Below, piece by piece: positions 1 through 11,409 of a DNA stretch of 64,000 nucleotides. Position 1 is the first letter of the stretch. Each line of letters opens with the position of its first letter. The stretch is from Orbicella franksi. Taxonomy: Eukaryota. The translations under genes were made by a program, and so were the position numbers. The notes beneath the pieces are model-generated. The model was given only the letters and a program-made list of their open reading frames with translations, was not told the DNA's origin and did no database searches. The stretch is from the NCBI GenBank assembly GCA_964199315.1, contig OZ116704.1:30256001-30320000 (forward strand), written 5' to 3'.

Positions 1-315
1 AACAAATATCAAATTGCGGCCTAGTGAACACTGGGACCCGTAGGGAGTCAGAAAGACGGCGGAAACTGAGTGTTTTAGCAAGTGCGGGAATACCTTTTTT
101 GCATTCTATACTTCTTTGGGAAGTTAATTGTAAACGTCTTTCTGACTCATTTAGCTGATATATAGGGATGGGAACCTCGTACTGTTCTGCTGCAGATGGC
201 TTTAACACTACCATCATCATGGCAATGGACTACTTTTACTTCGGCAATTGTGCGTAAAGGAGCTCCTTATAGGTCCCAGTCCTCAGAACTGTTGGCAGCG
301 AACACCCGAGACTGT

Positions 316-545
316 CTGGATTGGCCTTCACTTCAAAAGAGAAGAAAATCTGCTATCCTCACATTATTTCATAGAGCTATCCATGGTAAATCAGCATTAG
401 AAATCCCATGCTATATTAAAAGGCGCAATCATTAACAACGATCCTTTCACGGAGACAAGTTCATTGAACTTAAACCAAACACTGAGGTCTGTGGAAACTC
501 ATTTTATTGCAGAACCATGCAAGAATGGAACTCATTGCCTAGCAA
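316..545 (+). mobile_element. Degenerate 3' fragment of a non-LTR retrotransposon (L2/CR1-like RT C-terminal region)
   Basis: Reads LDWPSLQKRRKSAILTLFHRAIHG, then past a stop NSFYCRTMQEWNSLPSNV. These match the LxWxSLxxRR and NSFFxRTxxxWNxLP motifs of L2/CR1-type ORF2 tails. Confidence 0.7.
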
Positions 546-829
546 TGTTTTGCTGAGATGTGGCATAAACTTCAATATTTAAGATAGCTCTTCGTTGATA
601 GAACAATAAAATTCTAGTTAGGATGTCTACTGTATTAGTATCAATTGTATTTTTTTTCTTAGTTAAGTACACACAGTTCCATATTGTAAGTGTAGAAACC
701 TAATTTCTTATGACATTATTTCGTATTTTGCGCAAAAGGAGCAACAAACAAATGAACAAACAAACAAGCCAAGTGTCAGTTTTAATGCGTTCACCTCTGC
801 ATACAGGGGCGTTCGTATGGAAACATTGG

Positions 830-1062
830 AAGTGTGGTGACCTAACAGTTAGAGCTCTGGACCCCATATCGAGGGGTCCGTGTTGGAGTCACAGCGAATT
901 CAGTGCGTTGTGTTTCTAGGCAAGACACTTGACTCTTGCAGTGCCTCTCTCCACCCAGGTGTATAAATGAGTACCGGCCGCGGCGAATTTAATACTGAGG
1001 GTAATCCTGCGATCGACTAGCAACCCATCCGCCTCATGTTTTCATGCTACAGAAACAGGGAA
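830..1062 (+). mobile_element. tRNA-derived SINE copy
   Basis: A-box-like head followed by the core TTGTGTTTCTAGGCAAGACACTT...CTCTCCACCCAGGTGTATAAATG. The same core recurs at 35051-35330 and partly at 46090-46285. Confidence 0.7.
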
Positions 1063-1370
1063 ATGAAAATTCTGACTGTACGGGAAATTGACCTGACACA
1101 GAATTCACCTCATATGGGAACACACCAGCACTGTAGGGACTGTTCAGATTGTTTGGACATTTTCGAATTTCCCGTGGAAAAAAAAGGTCCCTTATAAAAC
1201 GGTAACTATTTGCAAGTAGAATTGCCATTGTTAATAGCTCGGTCCGTCATTCACAGATTGTTCTTTATAAACAGTGAAAAAAAGATTGCGGCCAATAAGA
1301 TAGCAATAGGCTATATGCATAGTCTCTTGTTCGACGGTTGCAGTTGAAGACCTACAGTGAGTCAGAAGTG

Positions 1371-4300
1371 TCACAGCAAAGCTAACAATTCAGGACCTGC
1401 TATCGGCAAAAGAAACGAGCCGATACGGCGAACGGTTGAAGAAACCTTATCCCATATGTAGCGAAGTGTAGGCTTCCGAACGCATCGTCCATAGATTTCA
1501 TTATCGTAGCCCTGTGAAAAATAAAATTCCCAGTCGCCGTTTCCGGCAATGATGACAAACTCTCCGCCAGGCTGGGTGAAAATGAAGGAAGCGTTGCTCA
1601 AGTCTCCTCCGACATCGATAACTTCCGGGATGAAAGAAATTGAGGCACGCAGAAATTTAAGAGTTGTTTTTCTTCTGTGGTCAAGGTAAGGGTGTTGCCC
1701 TTCATTCCCACACCGTTTTATAATCTCTCTTCCCAGGACTGGAGAGGTTATTTCTTTTACATGGATTCTGACGTTTGGAGAGTAATGCTAAGAAACAAAC
1801 AAAACAAAACAGTGAGTAAAGCCTACAGTTAGGTTAAACATCCACGCTCTTTTCAAGCTTTTGAAATGAGCCCATGAAAAGTTCTTGTTCTTTTGAAGGC
1901 CATCATGGCTTCACGTTTAAAGCACTGTACTCACCACGCCGGGAGGATTTAAAAACGAAGGTTTCACTCTGAAAACAAATTAACTGTTTTCCGTCCACAT
2001 TACGCCGGAGGATTTTGAAAACGCAACAATAATCGACCATTTTTGGACTTGTGCTTTAGGAATACTCAGTCAGGGAAATCACATTACTATCTTGATGCCA
2101 TCGTTTTCGAAAAGCTTTGTTTCAAAACGTTTTCCATCCACACGAAAACGGAAAGATGACGTTTTCAAACTCTTCTCGTTTGAAGAGCGTTTGGAATTTC
2201 GAAAAGCTCCGTTTAGTGTGGACGGTAAGCCTAACCGTAGAAGCAAGGCTGCGTTTTCAAATTCATCCGGCGTAGCGTGAACGGCGTCTACAAGCTGATC
2301 GTGGGACGTTGTTGATAAATTACCATGCGTTTGCAAATTACCTTTCCACTTACCGTAACTTTAGAGAATTATCGCTTGGGTTTGTTTTCTCGCTGGTTCT
2401 TAACAACCATACACTGATATAGGTTATTGATTAACACAAAATAGATGAAAGACAGCGAACAAGCAAGCGAGAAGGTAAGCCGTAAAAATCGAATACCTAA
2501 ACAAGGCAACAAAACTCGATTCCTTAATTTATTCTAAACTTAAAAGGCTGAACCCCTAGAGCAGCACTATTTCACGAAAGAGTGTTTTTTTATTTTTTTT
2601 ATTTTTTTATACCGAGCTGTAAGGTTATTTTCTGGTGCATCATTAGATTACAGACAGGAACCTGACAGTCCGTTCTCTATCTAGCTAATGGAGTTGACTG
2701 TAGAGAATAAACACCAAAACGACGTCAACTTTTTCTTGAATGTAGTCTACTAAAAAGGTTTATCGTCAATTGACATGCCAAGTTTATTATGGCATCATTA
2801 AGCTCCTAAAGATGATATAGCTGTGATTTAGCGGTGAAAAAAGGGAAAAAAAATTCAAGCGAAAATAAATAAATAAATAAGTAAAAAATAAAAGAAAATT
2901 CAACCGCAATCTTGGTATTTCTCTTCGAAATTTCCGACAAGCACCCCAATCCTTTTAATATGGGGGTTCTCCGTTCAATCCACCACGGTTTTTAATTTGG
3001 CTCGCACCCTCGACAATCGTTAGACAAAATAAATCTGTGAACTGTTAAAATTCCCTACGATGTGGTTTGCTTTTTGAACTTCATATGGAAAGATCCAATG
3101 CGTCTTGCATGAAAAGATGATGATCTTGTTTATGCCTGATTTGGTTTTGAGGTTTTTGCGGTTTAAGGAATAAATTGTCCAAATATTCATTTCTATAATG
3201 CTTGCTTTACTTGTGTTACTAACTTACAGCGATGCACACGGAATTGAAAAAAAAAAAACAAACAAACAAAAAAAACAAACAAAAAAACAAAAAAAAGAGA
3301 AAAGAATAAAATACACATTTAAGGACACAGAAGACTTGAAAACAGTATTATAAAAGATAAACCAACTGAGCACTTAACACATCCCTTTACTCTGCGCACA
3401 AATAGGGTAAATTCTACGTTAAAGACGAGAGCTTCCAAGTGTGGAAAAAAATTCTGATAGCCAGTTACTGTGGGAAGCATTTCAATTTGCTTAAAAATAT
3501 CACAATACTACCAATGCTAGTAAACAATTATCAAGGATTTAATTGTCAAAAAAAAGGTAATGAATTTGTGTACTGTCCAAATCGAATTTCTAGCTATCTG
3601 TGGTTTAGGTTGACGTGAGAGAAATTAGCATGAGGGCTGATATTGTTTGTTACTTTGTAAGCGGAAGATTTTAGAGAGACAATGTTCTTTGTTTACATCT
3701 CCTTTGCATACGCTAATGAGAAAAACCCCGATTATTTAGAGCTTAGCACAAGTTCTTAAATTTTGTTGAGATTTTCTTTTAAATAATTAAGTCATGTGGC
3801 TTCTATTACGTTTTTATTTTCAAACTATAGAAACAGTCATAGAGTAACAAAACAAACGGGTCTCGCTCCACTTCGCAAACATAGAATCGATTGTAGAAAA
3901 CAAGCCACCAGCTACCTTTAGGCGTGCATCATGCAACTGCCAAACTGAATGATTGCTACACTTAGCTTGATTAGTAATATGTTCCTTGATTAGTAATACG
4001 TTTCTGATCGTTGCTTGAAACTTATGAACTGAAACAATGCTGTCCGTTTTTAATTTGGTCGAAAAACGTAAGATGATCCCAGAAACAACGACATGCAGTT
4101 TGCATCATTGCATGTTTCATGGTGCAAAGCCTGGACATCAGTATACAGTGGAACCTCGATTTAACGAGCCTTTATATAATTAACTAAGTCTTCGATATAA
4201 CAATTTTCCTGGCCCCAGTAATAGTAAAATATATGGAAAAGAACCTCGATACAACGAAACCTTGCTAGTCCCTAGCTTGGCCCTTCGTTATATCGAGGTT

Positions 4301-4510
4301 CCACTGTATCTAGAAACAGACAGAATGTGCTATCAATAATTTGCTTACCTTTGTCACTCTATTTCGTCCAATCAAGTTGGACGATGGGTGCCCAATGCTA
4401 TCTCCTTTGTAGTGAGTGTGCGAGCCCATGTTCTTGCCGGTGTGGCGGGAGTACGCTGGCATGCCGCGCTGTCGATTGGAGTGCGATACTGTGCTGTGTT
4501 CTGTTCCCAT
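1371..4510 (-). CDS. Uncharacterised N-myristoylation-motif protein, paralog A (192 aa, 2 exons)
   Basis: Exon 1 is 4510-4349 (MGTEHS...RVTK, donor AAG|GTAAGC, phase 0). Exon 2 is 1787-1371 (acceptor TTTCTTAG|, HYSPNVRIH...GNEGQHPYL...PIAGPELLALL*), open throughout. Exon 2 is 417 nt, the same as in paralog B, and about 65% identical to it by manual alignment. Confidence 0.8.
1927..2290. mobile_element. Non-autonomous MITE-like repeat in the paralog A intron
   Basis: Degenerate inverted ends (CACCACGCCGGGAGG / TCCGGCGTAGCGTG) and internal TTTTGAAAACG-type repeats. No coding capacity. Confidence 0.5.
4146..4306. mobile_element. Tc1/mariner-pogo (Tigger-like) MITE, 161 bp
   Basis: TIR CAGTGGAACCTCGAT...ATCGAGGTTCCACTG flanked by TA on both sides. 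It sits about 40 bp inside the paralog A intron. Confidence 0.85.
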
Positions 4511-5320
4511 AGCCAGTAAACAACGTGTGGAATTTTTAAGATTCACTCATACTATTGCAAACCAGCGTTGGAAAAATCATTCAGCTCCTTCCAATCGGTA
4601 AGATGTAAGTTTGACGTCAATGGTTTCCTCGTCTCATTCAATTTACCTTTTGAATTAAGGTATATGATTATGCTAAGCTCCAGCTGGTTAACGAAAATGG
4701 AGTGGCTGTGAGTATTGCGTTTTACCGAATCGCGGCAGTGGAGCAGAGCCGGACTACGTAAACACCCTTATTTGCTACATGATACATAGAGACGGCACTG
4801 TATGCATGAGTTTAATGGCCACAGAAGGTGGGCATGATTTAAAGCATCAAGCACCCGGTTATGCACGCTGGCTGATGGAACTTAATGACTAACTACCGCG
4901 AATTTGGCGAGACAGTTTTTCGCGGGGTTATATTTTCGAGATTTCAATAGGCAAATATGAAAAGAGGGCATTAAGCGTTCTCAACTTCATTTTATTTTTC
5001 AAAAGTCTGAACTTTTTAAAATTTCTAGATAAACTGGAACAAGCAAAATGCATTTTTAAAATGGAACATGCAAAGGGCATAACGTTATTTCACAACAGAA
5101 TACAAAATGGAACTCACCAGGAAAACCAGTTCACAGTTTGTGTAGTTGTCGACAGAAATCTTGTATATGTTGTTGCAATTACATGTTAATCATTTTTTTC
5201 CCGTGATTTGAATTTTCTATATGGGTGTTAACAGTTTCGCCGGCGAGGATTCTTATTTTGCGATGACAAATGGATGCATATGGCTGAACAACGTCGAGAA
5301 GCTGAAATAATAGGAACTTA

Positions 5321-5520
5321 AAGATATGGTACGGCGGCAGATAGTGAAGATCACTTCCGGTGATGTCATGACGCTCTTACCAGCACGGCTTTCCCGCCGT
5401 AGCCTTGCTTTCTACTACGGGAAAGTACCTGGTTTCACGTACTCTTCACTACGTGAGTACAAGCCTGCTGTTTACTTCTCATTTTAACACTTTTTCACTG
5501 TTTGAACAGCCTAGTTTGAA
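5321..5520 (+). repeat. Dispersed repeat, copy 1 (copy 2 at 31671-31889)
   Basis: About 200 bp nearly identical to 31671-31889 (AGATATGGTACGGC...GATAGTGAAGATCACTTCCGGTGA...GAACAGCCTAGTTTGAA). Both copies begin after TTAA. Confidence 0.8.
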
Positions 5521-5786
5521 TATAAAGTTCTCAATCATAAAAATCAGTTCTAAGATCATTGTTTTTTTTGTCATTTGTACAGAAAATTTGAACGATTTTC
5601 ACACCTACCGCGCGGTGATCAATTCAGTCATATTAGTATCGAACCGAACAGCTGTAGATAAGAAAGCTTCGTATGTTCTATAATTGTTAGCTATAATTGT
5701 TTATTACTATTCAAAATGCATTTTATTATAATCAAAAGCTTTGTATTTCCGCCCGAGCCTCTAAATTTCGCAGCTTCCACGAAACC

Positions 5787-5817
<31 letters not shown>

Positions 5818-6505
5818 AGCAAACAACGCCAAAATTCTCCAACTGTCGTGAAACTATTCGACAACAAATTCGGCCAAGTTGTAATCTTTCGACTTCGTTT
5901 TGTATTATTGGAAAAGTACTGTCCTTCATTACAAGGTAGCGAGAAAACGTGTTGAATATGTGTTTTAATCAATGCTTGTCTTGTTGATAAGATACAAGTG
6001 ATAGCAGCGTATTTACAAGGCAGATACAGCACCAACTATGCTATGTATGTATAAAGTACATTGCGGACTAAACTAACACAGAGAATAGCAACTCGCCAAA
6101 AGGTTTAACCGCGAGCCCATAATTCAAACTCGTGAACTGGGCAATCCATACACATGTATCACATCACTAATGAAATGATTTTGGAAAACCTATATACAGG
6201 AACTTTTTATATAACTGAGAAAATTACTTCATTGTGATCGGCTGAGAGCAGCAATTTATTGTTAATATTTATTTATAACGCGCGCGCTTTCGTGATTTTC
6301 CTAGTCAAACATAACAAATATATAATCGTACAGAGGTTCGAGTAATTATGGATTTCCACTACTCAAAATATTGGAAAAATTTTTTCAAACTGCACTTACC
6401 TAAAGGCTCGTGCAATTTTGAGAGAATTTTCAAATATCATTCGTAGTGTAAATACTTAATTGCACTCGCATTTGTACGATTACCTAGTACACACATCAAC
6501 ATTAA

Positions 6506-7191
6506 GGTCCCATTAACCGATCTTTTCGAGCCGTTCCTAAGGAGAATTTATTCTCATATAACCTCATCATTTTTAGTTAGTTCAGAGTTATTTCATGTGT
6601 TTTAACTTTTTCGTGATCAGTAACACTAGTGATGACGTCATCAGGCCACGCCTATGGTCATGTGACTAATACAAGAAAAATACAAAGGCTCCCAGGCAAA
6701 TTACTTTATCAGGATTTTTTTCATTGATTTAATATTTTAATTTAAATCTTCGTTACGCTATACATCGATTTTGTTTCATTTCTAAAAGGTCAGGTTTTGA
6801 GAGGATTTCAAAATATTGAAAAGTTCGTAATTTTCTGAAAAAAGTATGATTTCGAAAAAGGAATGCATAGCTATGTTTTCAACATTGGCTTTAATCGAAA
6901 TTCGTCGAAAAGGGTTGGATTTGAGGAAAAACCGCGTTTCCCTTAGCATTTAAAGAAACCGGAAGTGCGCCCGATATCTATTGAAAAGTTACCCCTTATT
7001 TTGTCTTTGCTTGTACTTTTTCTACTTTACATTTTGTGAAACACAAGGAAAAACATTTAAAATGTAAGCGAATCTGCAAGTTTTTGAGTTGTTAGTATTT
7101 TCCGCGGTCAGGCTGACGTAAGTAACCGGAAGTGAAATTTCACCTCCTTAGCAACGCGCGCGAGCGCGCGCATGAATCGGTTAATGGGCCC
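6506..7191. mobile_element. Non-autonomous DNA transposon with TTAA TSD (Kolobok-like termini)
   Basis: TTAA|GGTCCCATTAACCGAT...ATCGGTTAATGGGCCC|TTAA. The TIR is 16 bp with 1 mismatch and the termini are RR..YY. Confidence 0.8.
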
Positions 7192-7257
7192 TTAAGTAAG
7201 ACTACTTATTATATGGCTAGCTCCGTGAGCGGGCAAGATGAATCAAACCCTGCGCTG

Positions 7258-7288
<31 letters not shown>

Positions 7289-7465
7289 TATCTTGCCCGC
7301 TCGGGACTACCCGCCGTGTCCTGCAAGAAAAATTTCCCCGAAAGCCATAAAATAAATCCTTTATTGACCAAGCTTGTTCGGTGAAGATGGCTGGATATTG
7401 GCCTAGTTCTTTTTTTGCGAGTTTATGCACCTCGATTCCGTCTCGGTCCATAAACGCGCAGAAAA

Positions 7466-7498
<33 letters not shown>

Positions 7499-7529
7499 AC
7501 ACTCGGTCAATAACCCATACATCGTTACT

Positions 7530-7727
7530 AATAGACCACGTTCGATATTTCAATATTCTAACAAGGCTCCGAGGCTTTCGGGTCAAAATTGTAATTTTTT
7601 AAAGTTTCTTTTGTCTCTCAATTCCCAAAAGAGACTTGGAGACAAACAAAACGCCACCAAATATAGAAGTTTGTCCTGAAAGCCTCGGAACCATGTTAGA
7701 ATGCTGATATATCGAACGTGGCCTATT
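7530..7727. mobile_element. Short MITE just 3' of paralog B
   Basis: TIR AATAGACCACGTTCGATAT...ATATCGAACGTGGCCTATT. Confidence 0.75.
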
Positions 7728-7777
7728 GAAAGCAGCAGCAAAAACTTTAAAAAATGTTGCAGTTACTGTACATTTGG

Positions 7778-10700
7778 TTATGCAGCTGCCAAAGCAAGAA
7801 GCGAAGGACCAAAAATTGGCAAGAGGAACGAGCCAACACGGCGAACAGTTGACTTAACGCCATCCCAGATGTAGCGAAGCCAGGGCTTTCGCACACAATG
7901 ACCAGAAATTTCGCCTTTGCAATCCGGGTAGAAAAAAAACTCCCAGTCTCCTTTCCCAGCGACTATGGCAAACTCTATTCCTGCCTGGGCGAAAAGGAAA
8001 GATGCGTTCTGCATATCTGCACCGGCGTCCAAGGCGAGGGGAACGAAAGAGATTGCAGCTCTCAGAAACTCCAGTGTTGTTTTTCCTTCTTCGCTTAGGT
8101 AAGGGTGTTGACCTTCGTTTCCGCATTCCGCAATAAGAACTTTACCAAGAGCAGGGACAGTAATCTTTGACATAGGATATATATACGGGAATTGCTGTTT
8201 AGGGTAAAGAGGAAAAGATTTAAATTAGACAAAAATTTCAGGTCAACTGTTTCACACTCAGTTGATGATAATAATAACAAAAAATGATAAATGACTTTCG
8301 GTAAGATTATAACGTTAACATGTTAGCAATGGTTACGGGGGGGGGGGGGGGGGGGTTTCCCTCCGTCATCAGAGGTCGAAACTTTCTCGCCTGTTTACCT
8401 GTGTCTATAGTTACAGTCAGATTATTATTTTTTTCTCCTGTCTCTACCAATGTCCAACCTGAAGAAAACAACAGCTGAATAGCTATTGCGTTTTTTGTCC
8501 TTCTTTTTTTTTTCAATATTGCCAAACTGATCAGTTGTAATTTTATTAATTTTGAACAATGCCTGTTTCTTGTTAGCAGATGTTTTCTATTCGCATCGAT
8601 TCACAACCTGAGATAATTTGTCTCTACTTGTTTTATCGAAATCCTGGCAGTCTGAGCAAAAGACCAAAAATCACGGAAGGACGCTTATCTTTTATTTTCT
8701 CCAATACTACACTTTTTTCTCAATGTTACTGCAACGGCATTCAACTGCCTCGTCACGCTGTTTACGTTCCAGGAAGCAGTTCATATCCACCATAAGAAAA
8801 TCAAAGTACAGTAAGAACAAATCCGTAGATTTCTCGGTGCATGATGATTGACATAAGCTAACCTTTGCCTAAAAGGGAATTACTCTTTTCATAAAAAAAT
8901 AGTTCCGTATAGCGGACATGTGTGGCTTACGGGTATTAGTCTAGTTAATAGACTTCTAGCAAAAAGTGTTAAACAAGGAAAAGCGAAAAATACAGACGGA
9001 TCCTGGGCTCAAATTCGGGTCCAGATTGGAGCGCGAGTTTTAGCCATTGTAACACGTAAGGGACCTCTTTCCGAGGAGGAAAATTACAAAGCCCTTCCGC
9101 CATATCTTAGTTGGCTAGCAAATATACTAATATCAGCAAACATGCGACATACTCTCTCGCAAACTGCAAACTTCTCGGATACCGACTTTTGGTGTGGCCA
9201 CACAAATACACAAATAAAATGACCAATCGATAAAAGGTCACGCAAATCCTCTTAGTCGATTGATCATCGATTATCATTATCGATCAATGAATTGATATTG
9301 ATTAGTATCAATTGTCATCGATTATCGATTTTCATCGAGTTCGTATTAGCCTTCTCTGCAGAGGTTCATTGTGCTGGCGGGGAAGGAAGCCGGATTGCGT
9401 GACGAAACTTGAAAGCGTCCGCGTGGGAGACTTAGTTCGTATATTTGGCGACTGCTCTTACCTTACTTCCGATTCCTGAAGCAATAGCTGAAAGCCGGAT
9501 GCTCTCGCAGGCTATGCAAGTGTCTAAGTGTCTCAAATTGAACCCATGTCACGAACCGTATTCACTAGCCTATTAGTTAATAATTTCCTCTTATTATATC
9601 TCTCAGTTAGAACGCGCGCTGTGATTGGTCAATTTAGCGGGCCGTACTCTCCTGTACGGCCCGCTAAAGTTTTAAGTTGGTTTTGTTGCCAAACTGTTTC
9701 GTATTTATCGTCAAGTGTTCTTAACTTTTATAGCAAGTGAAAGTTTAAAACTTTCATATACTCTAATTTGTGTAATAAAGCGTGCTAAGGACTTCAACAA
9801 CAACAACAAACATTTTAATAGCTGACACAATTACTGGTAACCCAGTAGTTTACATTGTGGGCTATATAAAAAAAAAACAATTTCAAACTGACTCGTTTTA
9901 TTTTCGAGGTGCGTCAGAAATATGAAGCCTTTCCGAGTCCGCGTGAATAGAAATCGTTTCCGAACCCGTCAGGCACACAGTAGGGATATAATAAATATCT
10001 TACTAACTTAGTCTTCTCGGTCCGCTTCGCGCTTGGGCCATAAATCGAAGGGGAAAAAACTAGGTCCGTAACTTACAGTACGGAGCTCGAGCTCGGTTAG
10101 TAAGAGGTATTTAATAACTTCCAAAAGATTCCGTGTAACCTTATCACTGTTAGGAGAACAATCACGCACATGGAGACATTTCATTTCGGAGTTGTTTTGC
10201 AGTTTTTTATGCCCCTTATCTGGATCTCTAGCGTAAGTTTTCGTTTTCTCTTCTTGATTTTATTCAGTTGTTGTTTTTCCTTGCGATTTTTAGCTATTAC
10301 TTTTTGTTACACACATCTCTGTAATTTTTGTAGTATTCAGCGAATGGTTCAACTAGTTTAAGATCTTCAGTAATCAGCAAATAAATCATCAAAACAACAG
10401 ACAAACGTGGGTGGTTGATCACGGCGAACTTCGGGACGATACTCCACGAGCACTCGGTTCGGGAACGTCGCGACAACCCAATTCGTTGGAAAAAACAAAC
10501 AAACAAACAAACAGACAGACAAATGGGCCCAAAAGGTTTTGTCTGTGAGAGGAATAATCTGCGGTTATCAAAATCTTTAGAGATTTGTGAGTTTGCGGTG
10601 TCCTCAGAGAGTTTTGGGATGATTAAATCTGCTGCATATCGTTTTCACTGTCACGCAACAAAAAAATACATCAAAAACTAGTCACTGGATAAAGGCAAGA

Positions 10701-11377
10701 AATACTAATGGTATAGGAGAAACGTAAAGAACACACTTCTTAAACTTTTAGGTCTCTGGGTTTTCCTAAACTTCAGATATTCGTTGAAATGTTTTGCGCA
10801 AATTTACAGAGCCTAGTATGAAGCCGCCATGTTGGTGGAGCTCCTTGCTTCACCAATATGGCGGCCGGAAGATAGTGTAAACATCTGGAACTTACTTTGG
10901 CTATCTAGTCGACTGATTATCTGAGCTAAACCAAACAATATTTACACAAACAATTTTCCTAATACTTTAACTCCTAAAATGGCTAGAAATTACGAGATAA
11001 GTGTATATTTTTCGACAAACGCGATCTTAGCTTTGTGTCACGCACCGCCCTAACTCCGAAATTCAAAATGCGTTGGTTCCAAACTAAGCACGCTATTGAG
11101 AAAAGTTGTAAACAGAGATAAATTTAGATTCCCTTATGCCTGATGAGGATAAAAACTTTCGTGGCTCTTTAGTTTAGGATTTTGAAATGTGATGACATCA
11201 CGTGAAAACTATCTATTGCTGGTTTTCAGTGTCACGCAATTCAAAATAGATCAAAATAAAAATCAAAACCGGTCAATAGATAAAGCTCGGAATCTGGGAA
11301 ATGAAAGAAGGTAAATATGCAAAGACTTTCGCCAAAATTCTGGTCACAGCAATTTTTCTTATGCGAGATATGCGGAG

Positions 11378-11409
<32 letters not shown>

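Noticed and set aside
5691-6035. ORFs with poly-Lys or poly-Phe (also 21666-21930 and 22038-22274)
   Set aside because: They arise from poly-A/T tracts in repeats and have no coding signature.
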